DNA of 64,000 nt, taken from NCBI GenBank assembly GCA_963721455.1, contig CAVRJG010000019.1, forward strand, positions 90,091 to 154,090, given 5' to 3'. Source of the stretch: an uncultured Methanosarcinaceae archaeon. Its GTDB lineage: Archaea; Halobacteriota; Methanosarcinia; Methanosarcinales; Methanosarcinaceae. The notes beneath the pieces are model-generated. The model was not told the DNA's origin. It worked only from the letters and a program-made list of their open reading frames with translations, and did no database searches. The stretch's first letter is position 1, and the number at the start of each line of letters is the position of its first letter. Below are positions 55,149 through 64,000 of the stretch, piece after piece. The position numbers and the translations under genes are program-made.

Positions 55149-56737
55149 TTAATCTTTGACACGAAAACTTTTGACATATACACATTATCAAGATCATACC
55201 CAAATTACCAATAATATTCTCTGGCTCCTATTCCGCTCATAACAGGCAGTACTACAGTAGCCCTCTTATGTGCTATTTTCTCTGCATATTCCAGAAGTTT
55301 CCTTTCCCTATCCTCTATGTGCCCATTCCTTTTGCTTCGCCCCTTTTCCTATGGGCACTATGGAGCCATAAATATGCAGCTCTTATCAGGGCTGCGTCCT
55401 GAAGTTCCGGACGGTGAGGGGCGGCGGGAAACGCGGGGCCGTAATTCCAATCGGGACATTGTCCACAAGGTCTTCAAATGCAATAGCTGTATTCCGCAGG
55501 CTTCATATGTCTCTACAGTCAGCTCGATTTCATTTTCATTTATTTCTCTCCCCTTTGAGGCTAGCATGTCCTACTTCCCTGCCACGTTATTGGCGCGCTT
55601 TTCCTCCCTTTCTCCGTTTCTTCGAGCTGTCTAAGATTACTCTTTCGGACCCCTGCAAACCTGGTAGACGGGAATATCGCGCTGGATACGCTGGAGCCTT
55701 ACCCATTTTAGGCGGGACTACCTTCGAGTTTCTGATGCCTCTTCAGCCTAATATTTCCTGCTTCCCAGAGCCTTCTCAAGGTGTCCAGGGTAGGATAAAT
55801 CTTCAGATGAATCGGGCATGAAGCGGGGATCTTCAAAGAGCTTTTTGAAACCTTTAAGGTCCAGTTTCAAATCAGCCCCGGGCAGATGAGGCATCATATG
55901 GAATCCAACCTGATGGTGTCTCTTAATACATGGTTAGCCCTTACAATTTCTGCAACGCCATGTCCTCTTTGCATACGGGTGAGCGCGAAAGTCATAGACA
56001 CTCTGGACCCCAAGCTGCTCTTTTTGTTCCTCCCAGCCTGAGGAATTCATCCACATGTCTTTCTCCTGCCCAATCTGGACGTGTTTCGAACGTAATTACT
56101 ACATTGCGGATCTCAGTTTTTTCGTTGGCTTTTTGTACCTCTTCAAGAGGAATATAAGGTAAAGATTTCCCGATTCTCCAGGCGTTTCCTCCACTCCTAC
56201 CAGTGAAATCGTTCATTGCCTCAAGACAACGTTTGATAAACCATTCTTGATAATCTGGACAGACGTGGAAAATGTGCCCCCCATAACTATCGGTTTCCAC
56301 TTTCTCGATGTCGTGGCCGATTTTCTTTAAGCTGGGAAAGCCTCAAATAACCTGGGCGTAGGGGTCGAAATCATGCTGGATAGCTCTCATAACTGCAGGT
56401 TCTCTTTCCATGTAACTCTGAGGCGACTTGAAATTGGATTGGCCTCCAGGACAGGGCAGACAAACTCCATGCGGGCATGGAGCGGGAGAGGTCATTACAG
56501 CAATTACTGCAACTCCTGAAATCGTTCTTACGGTTTGCCGCCTCAAAAACTCTTTAACTATGCTCTTCGGGTGTCCTGTACTATGACTGCCCGTTCCTGG
56601 GTCTGGCCAGATGATAATGCTTACTTACGTTTTTTTTTGCTTTATTTAACTGGTCTTCGTTTTCTATTTCGCTTGCCAGTACTTTTTCAAAAGAACTTTT
56701 TTGCCGGCAGGCCCTTATTATAACTATCTTCTTTCAT
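55149..56737 (-). pseudogene. elp3: Mirror copy of elp3 (error-broken)
   Basis: RTISGVA..CPHGVCLPCPGG and ETRPD fragments. Confidence 0.75.
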
Positions 56738-58374
56738 CTCAAGTTCCGTCTTTCCCGGGTTCTGGAACATGCAGCTTTTCTTTTTACGGCAGTCCTTAAA
56801 TAAAAATCAATTTTCGAGACTATTTTAAAAAAGATTGTTTTCGCTTTTTTAAAAGCCGTTTACTTCAATCTTATCGGTAATATACGATATAATACCGGTC
56901 CTAATAGCAGCCGCAGTACACATCATACAGAATCTGCCTTTATTTTACATCTACAAGTTTTCACAGGTCTGACTGCTTGCAAAGATCAAATCCAATTATA
57001 AAAGTTCCGAGTCCTATTTTCCGGCTTAAGGTCCATTACAGACCTGATGTACTCATCCAAGGGGGTGGAGACGTCAGAGCACAACATTGGTCACACCGTT
57101 TGCACATTCTACTTCAGGACATTTCTGGGGAGGGAGAACTACAGTGATGGGTTCTTTCTTTGCTTCCTTTGGCTTCGGGTACTGCGTTCCTGTAAATTAC
57201 AAAGTTTCCCATGACCATCATGTCCTTGCATTTTTTACACTCTTCGAGTTTCTCGGGAGTTGTAACGGCGATGATTATCTGGCGTTTGAAGACCTCCTTA
57301 ATTCCCTGATTATCTCCTACACCAATGCCCATAAGGACTGCACCCTCTGCTTTTTTTTCAAGCTCTAATACTTTTTCTTTGTCTTCTTCAACACCCCCCA
57401 AAATATATGTCTCTTCCACGCCTTTGATAGCTTTTATCCTGCACACGACATCCTGAATAACATTTTTACATTCCAAAGCGAATTCCCCTTCGTGTTTTTA
57501 GACCTATATTAAATCACTAAGATATAAAATATGATCTGATCTAATTCCTCAGTATATTCGTAATGTGTCATGCCTTTCTGCCTTTCTCTAATTTCCCGAC
57601 TCGATTATATGATATTCATTTTTATATTTCTTCTTTTTATATCGTCAATTTCTAATATCATAAGGTATCTCCTGCAAATAATGTAAAATAGCCTGATTTT
57701 TGAACGTTATTATTATAAAAATAGTAAAAGTACTCGCGAGAATTACTTAAAATGTTTTGAAAGCACACTATAATTTTTTTGTCGCCCCTTTGAAAACCTG
57801 CATCTCGAGCAACGCCTTCTATCATATAGCATGCACGCAACTTTATATTTTCCACTTTAAATACAAATTACAGAATTAGCCTGAATAATTTGAAGTCTTA
57901 TGATAACAGTGGGAGCTTTCTGGTTCAAATAAATTGTATAAATGCGATAAATGGGAATTTTACTTGATGCATTTTTGCAACGAGCAATCGCTTGAAATTA
58001 TTTAAATCAAAACTTTATAATTCTACTATCTTTTTTCCATTGTATTTTATAAATATTTCGAATTTATCTTTTAAATTAACTCCTTTCGAATATCCTGCCT
58101 GAGTTCTTTCGACATTTACCGTCATTTGTATCGTTGTTTTGCGCTTTTCCTCTTTAATTTCCCTGAAATAGACCACAAAAGATTTAATAAGAAAATTATT
58201 TTATAGAACACTTGTAATCCAATTTAGAGGGATAAGGAGGGAATGAAATCCTCTTCGGCAATCGACGAAATCTAGATGTCTGATTTGGTGAAGAATGGTG
58301 AAACCCTTAAAGTGTTGATCCCGACACTTCTTCTTACATACGACCTATCTTAACAACATGGAGGAAACAATAAA

Positions 58375-60414
58375 ATGAAGAGATTTCTCAGCAGAACACT
58401 GGCTGCTCAGGGCTTCTGACTGTATTTGCATCCGCCGCAAATGCAGCAGTCGCATCGTGAGATCCGCGGCCCTGTGTACAACGGCTCCGATATCAACGAC
58501 ATTATCGCCAAGCAAGGCGGTAGCATTACAATCGATGCTTCTCAATTTGCAGCATTCTATTACGACATTAACGACGTTATAACTGAAACTCTTTGATCGA
58601 AAAATGTTGCTGGACGAAAGGCAATGTCATAGGAGAGGGCGGTATTGTTTATTCCACCCACAATCAAGCAGGTCTCATACAAGTATGACAAGCCAGCCGC
58701 TGGCTGGGACAACTACAGCTTGATTGGTTTCTTCGGCAGAAGAGTACATCCCGATCAAACCTACCAAAGCTGACAAGCTCGCAAAGCTCGTCCTTGACAG
58801 CAATGACAAGTACACAGTCAGGACCGGAAGAGAAACTCGACCTCGGCCAGGGCTATGCTATTGAAGCCAAGCAGGTAGATGTCGATGGTAAGAAAGTCTG
58901 GCTCGCGTTCAGCAAGGACGAGAATTCGTTGACGATGAAATCATTGAAGTCGGAACCGGTGAACCTGCTCCGACACCTGGAATCTTGAGCTTGATGACAT
59001 TCAGGGCGAAGACGATGTTATTGTCCTGAAACTCGACGTCAACCAGGTCTTCCAGGGTGCAGTCGACAGCATTGCTCAGATCGAAGGTGTCTGGCTCATT
59101 GACTACGCAAATGCCATGACCATAGAGTCTGACGATGAATTCGGCGAACTCAACAAGGTCTTCCGATCAATCGGCCCTTCCTTAACATCACCAATGAAGA
59201 CACCTTTACCCTGACCAGGGACTCCACAAATGAGGTCGCTCAGGGCATAGCTTTCAAGGTCGCTGACACCAGCTCCAATGTGCTCAGGTTCTACCCAATG
59301 AAGGAAATCACAAGAAGCCTGGTACCTATCAGATCAGAGGACAGGTTGCCTCCGGTAATTTCGTCTGGAATGCAGCTAACTTTGCAGGCTTCTACTATGA
59401 TATTAAAGACGATGTCTCCACAGAATCCCTTAGTGTTTCTAGCCTTAACGGAAACGTGATTCCAGTTGGCGGTCTCGTTTACAATACCGAGATCAAGAAG
59501 GTCTCATACGAATATGACAAGCCAACCGCAGGCTGGGACACATACCCTGTCATAGGGTTCTTTGCAGAACAGTACATCCCGATTAAACCTGCCAAAGCTG
59601 ACAAGCTCGCAAAGCTCATCCTTGACAGCAATGACAAGTATGCAGTCAGGACCGGAGAGAAACTCGACCTCGGTCAGGGCTATGCTATTGAAGCCAAGCA
59701 GGTAGATGTCGATGGTAAGAAGGTCTGGCTCGCGTTCAGCAAGGACGGAGAATTCATTGACGACGAAATCATTGAAGTCGGAAGCGGTGGTTGCGTCCAA
59801 CACCTGGAATGTTGAGCTTGATGACATTCAGGGCGAAGACGATGTTACTGTCCTGAAACTCCACGTCAACCAGGTCTTCCAGGGTGCAGTCGACAGCATT
59901 GCTCAGATCGAAGGTCTCTGGCTCATTGACTACGCAAATGCCATGACCATAGAGTCTGACGATGAATTCGGCGAACTGAACAAGGTCTCAATCACTTTCC
60001 CTGAAAGATCAGCAACGACTATACCTTTACTCTGACCAGGGACTCAGAAGAGGCAATTGGTCAGGGAATGTCCTTCAAGATTGCTGACACTAGTGCCAAT
60101 GAACTCAGGTACTACCCATTCGTTGAGATGACTGTTGGCGAAGGCAACGTCACCACTCCGGTCGGAGGTAACGTCACCGGTAACGTCACCACTCCAGGTA
60201 ACGTCACTGTAGGTAACGTAACCGAAACCCGCATTCACAGCTGACCGTAACCCGAAACTCCTACTGAAGGCAATGTAACCACTCCTGCTGAAGGAGAAAC
60301 TCCGGCTGCAAACGAAACCGAAACCCCTAAAAAGCAAGCTGCCCTGGCTTCGAATTTCGTCTTCGACTTGTTGGACTCCTTGCAGTTGTCTACCTCGTCA
60401 GGAGAAACAACTAA
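58375..60414 (+). pseudogene. Mirror copy of the S-layer gene (error-broken)
   Basis: Reverse complement of 35737-37773. Confidence 0.75.
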
Positions 60415-60588
60415 ATTTCTGAGTGAAGGGTTTTCCTAACCCTTTTCTCTTTCATTTTTTTAAATTTCTTTTTGCAGATAGTTTTTTATTTGTGGATTTC
60501 TTAATTCAAGCGATTCTTTCTACTCTGAAATCCTGATTCTTTAAACCTTATGGGTCATTTTTTAGGATTTACAGATAAGGTGAAGACT

Positions 60589-61164
60589 ATGAAAAAAATG
60601 ATGGCTTTAATATCTGCACTTGCAGTTTTAATGATCGCGTTTTCAGGCTGCGTGGGTGATAATAAGCCCGCAGTTAACGGAACAGAGCCGAACAACTCGG
60701 AAGCAAATGTAAATCCTGATGAAAGTGCGGCTGACATTAGCGAGATTGAAAGCCTTGGAGGTTTTGAATACCTTGGATCTTCTCTTCTTAATGAAACTGA
60801 TATCAAAATCGATTACAATGCAGAGAATATTTCTCTAGTTGTCGGAGGGTCCGAAGGGCTGTACAAACACAATGAGTCTGACCTCTATGTGGATGTAATC
60901 GAGCTTAAAAATAATGAGGCTGCAAATAATCTGATCGATGCATACAAGTCTTCCTTTGTACCATTAGCAGAAGGCTCCCGTTTTGTCGAAGAGTCATTTA
61001 ATGGGCATTCATCTGTGGAAGATTATATGACGTCGTAAACGCAGGAACAGAGGTCCCCAGGTATTCCTATATCTGGAGCAATGGAAACTATGATTGGAGA
61101 GAGTTACCGGAAATACTGCTGATAGTTCGTATCCTGGCAGCTCGCAGAAGCAACAGGATACTGA
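60589..61164 (+). pseudogene. Mirror copy of the lipoprotein gene
   Basis: MKKMMALISALAVLMIAFSGC. Confidence 0.7.
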
Positions 61165-61673
61165 TATATTTCCAAGAGAGGGTAAAGCCCTTTATCCTCT
61201 TTTTTCTTTTAATTTTTTTTCTTTTAATTTTTTTCAGCTTATTTTTCAATTTATTGTTGATTTTTAATTACTTTTTCACATTCATTTTCTCTCTGGGTGT
61301 GACGAAGAACCGAAGTCAAATGGAGCCTACCGAATGAGCCTCTCGCATAACTCGAAATTTACTTCTTTGAATCTAGCTTTTTCAGCAACCAATAAAGTTT
61401 CTGCTCATATTCTCCTAAAAACAGTTCTAAAAACTTTTGATGATTAAGAACAAAATGGGGTTAGGATAAGCTCAATATGAAACAGCTCAATATGAAACTG
61501 ATTTAAAAAAGTTGATGGGGTGAAACAGGATTAGAGTTAAATGTTAACTTTAAAAAAGATAATAAAGCGGATAAGATGAAGAATTTCTGGAAATTCATCC
61601 TGTTTATAATTCTTATCGCTGACTCAATTGATTTCTGAAGATTTTACTGATTTATCTCTCAGAAATACAATTT

Positions 61674-62444
61674 TTACTTTATCAGCAATACCCCTTTTCC
61701 GCTGACGTTAACGTCACCCACGAACTTCCGGTAGATAACTCCTTCAACCTCTTCGGTCCCTCTTCGTAATAGGATGGCAGGAGATCAATACCTCACCTTT
61801 AATGATGACCGTACCGTTCTTCATTTCGCTTGCAGGCATTGTGGCGTTGCCTTCAATGAGACCTTCTCCCGCCGTTGTTTGAGAGACCTGCAGGAAGAAG
61901 CCCTGTATTGCCTTTTACAAGAATTTCTCTCCTTCTACATGCTTCTCCGAGGTAGTCTCTGGTATTGCCATTCTCCAATAGTACTTTCCCTCCGCGTATA
62001 TCCGCAGGACTTTCCCCATAACCTGACCCGAACATAATAAGAGGCGTTTCCATCTCGAGAATTATTTCTCCAACCTGTCATCTCACAGCCGAGCCAGCTG
62101 TCAGCGTCTCCATTCAATCACTACTTCCTGCCTCCTCCATATTGAAGCCGCAGTGCATGTCCACGTTGCCGTTGATCTCTATTTCTCCTGAACTCCACGT
62201 TCTGCCCAATGCGCTTTACTCTGGAGACGTCACCTTCGAAAACAATCTTCGTATTTTCCACAGAGTCGCTGCCTTCTACCTCTACATTGAAGAAGTCACC
62301 GACAGGCAACTTCCGTTCCCGTACCAGACCGGAATTGCCTTTATTTCTTCTTCAGTCTTGCCTGCAAAGTTGTCCGGGTTTACGTTATCTGGCCTCGATG
62401 GGGATTTTATTGGCTTTTTTCAGCGAGAGCTTCACAATCTGCAT
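61674..62444 (-). pseudogene. fwdC: Mirror copy of fwdC (error-broken, with allelic differences)
   Basis: Reverse complement of 33678-34436. Confidence 0.75.
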
Positions 62445-64000
62445 TTAAAACACCCCTTCTGTGACGATTTCAACAGGCTTCTGGAGGTACATATCCTCAA
62501 CCATATAGTTGGCTTTGCTCACTGTGTAGTACTTTCTGAATTTGACATCTATATCTTTTTGCATTGCGCTGTCTATGTCGAGGGAACTTTTGCGTTTACC
62601 CAGTAAGTCTTGCCTTTCGGAGTGGCTTCTATCTCTCCGTCTTTTACGACAATCTTCTCCGTCCTTCAGTGTGTATGTCGCACCTGAGAAAGCTTTCTTA
62701 ACCTTCGCGTACTCTGTCGAGGGGTCGATCTGCCCAGGCAGGATATCATAAATTGCAATATCAGCATCGGAACCCGCTTTAAGGTTTCCTTTTTCGGGCC
62801 TGCTGTACATCTTTGACTGAATGCTCCTGGTCATAACGGCAAGCTCATAGAAATCAAGTTCCCTGTCGATTCCTGGCAGCACCATCCTGTCAATGGCCAT
62901 CTTTGAAAATCCGGAAATAACCTCTTCCCTTCTTTTTGCACTCATAAGGTAGGTGAAAGCTTCAGGATAGTTCACAAAAGAACCGCCATTGGGACTGTCA
63001 GTTGTAAACATGACTTTCCAGGGATCCTTTACTAGCAGCGCAAGCTCAAGCCCGATTGCCCACTGGACTGCATTTACGAAACTCTTTGGAGAATAAAATA
63101 AGGGTACGACTCCGGACGCATCTTCCAGTTCAATGTCCTGGTTGCTCCATTTCTCGTGCAGCATTCTTGCATTTGCATATTCTACAGGTCCGTCTGCGGT
63201 CATTGTCACTGCAGGACCAAAGATAACCTGTCCCAAGTCAAAAGTCAGGTGGTCTGCCCCGTTTATGTAATCCGCAACCATGGGAGCTCCGTGTCTCAAA
63301 GTCCCTCCAGGAGGTGCCTGCATAGGCATTGAACTGTACGTGAGTTACATGAAGAGCCTGCCTGTCTCTGCTTGGTTTTAGCTTTCTCTAAAAAGTTTCA
63401 TGGTCTCTATGGTGGTTGCATAGTTTCCGGGCTTTCCGAGATTGTTGCAGTGCAACATGTACGGTATGTGGAAGCCTGCAGGCTCTTGTTGGCTTCAGCA
63501 AGTCCCATAAGAATTTCTGCGGAGGGTAACATCAAAGTTCGGGACAGGGTCGTAGAGTCCGCTTACGTTCTTTCCCCAGCCCCAGGCTTCTCCTCCTCCA
63601 GGATTTACTATTTTTACTCCGTAGCCTCTTGAAGCTCTGAGGGCCCAGGAAACATACGCTGCCAGTTTTTCAGGTTCCTTGTCCCGGATATATTCCATAA
63701 CCTGCCAGTTGTTCCGAAGAGGGAAAGCCCCATTTTATCCAGGATTGGGATTTCTTTGAATTCCTCATGGGTATGCCTTGCGGCAAGAAGGGGGATTGCG
63801 GCCTCACAGATAGTTGTGTAACCGAGTTTTGCATACCTGTAGCCTATTGCGTAGATATTCGGGGTATTGTACGCCGCCGTTCTGCTCCTTTTCGGTACGC
63901 GCAACCTGACCCGAAAGCCCTGGCACAAGGTTTTTCCTTGCATCGTTTGGATTCATGAAGCGCCCGACGTTAATTTTCCCGGCGCTATGGGTGTGCCCGT
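62445..64000 (-). pseudogene. fwdA: Mirror copy of fwdA (partial, error-broken, many synonymous differences)
   Basis: Reverse complement of 32125-33677. Confidence 0.75.

Larger units (their letters stand above)
48225..64000 (-). repeat. Right arm of the inverted duplication, indel-rich (probable fold-back artefact)
   Basis: All genes from fwdA to the amidohydrolase recur in mirror order, broken by many frameshifts. Confidence 0.95.

Noticed and set aside
48225-64000. Genuine duplication with mass pseudogenisation, programmed frameshifting or diversity-generating retroelement activity
   Set aside because: Indels are dense and hit all genes and intergenic DNA alike; no reverse transcriptase or adenine-specific pattern; best explained by low-quality second-strand sequence.

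Overview
Positions 1 to ~42,847 are a Methanosarcina chromosome segment. In order: rRNA operon start (23S 5' end and 16S, minus strand), aIF1A-RIO1-KH/Dim2, dihydroorotase, pstSCAB-phoU, PolB, an AbrB/PhoU regulator, and a methyl-sulfide-type methyltransferase cluster (MtsD-like corrinoid/MT2 fusion, hydantoinase-like ATPase, extra thermosome, MtaA-like MT2, RamA-like activase, Cys-rich protein). Then come a decayed AT-rich accessory region beside an intron-containing tRNA-Met, fwdDBAC, a lipoprotein, the major S-layer protein, Elp3, gene remnants and MITEs. At ~42,848 the sequence switches abruptly, in mid-gene, to very GC-rich bacterial DNA (probably actinobacterial): tmk fragment, archaeal-like topA, STAS protein, TPR protein, amidohydrolase and an Asp23-like fragment. 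At ~48,216 it folds back: 48,225-64,000 is an error-rich inverted copy of 32,125-48,208. The chimera and the 16-kb palindrome are most likely long-read/library artefacts. The best biological leads are non-AUG starts (CUG for aIF1A, AUU for the phosphate regulator), the methyltransferase module with uncharacterised partners and inverted repeat-element flanks, new MITEs, an archaeal-type TopA in a bacterial context, and a second fwdA/fwdC allele in the mirrored arm. All calls are by eye from the sequence; no searches were run.
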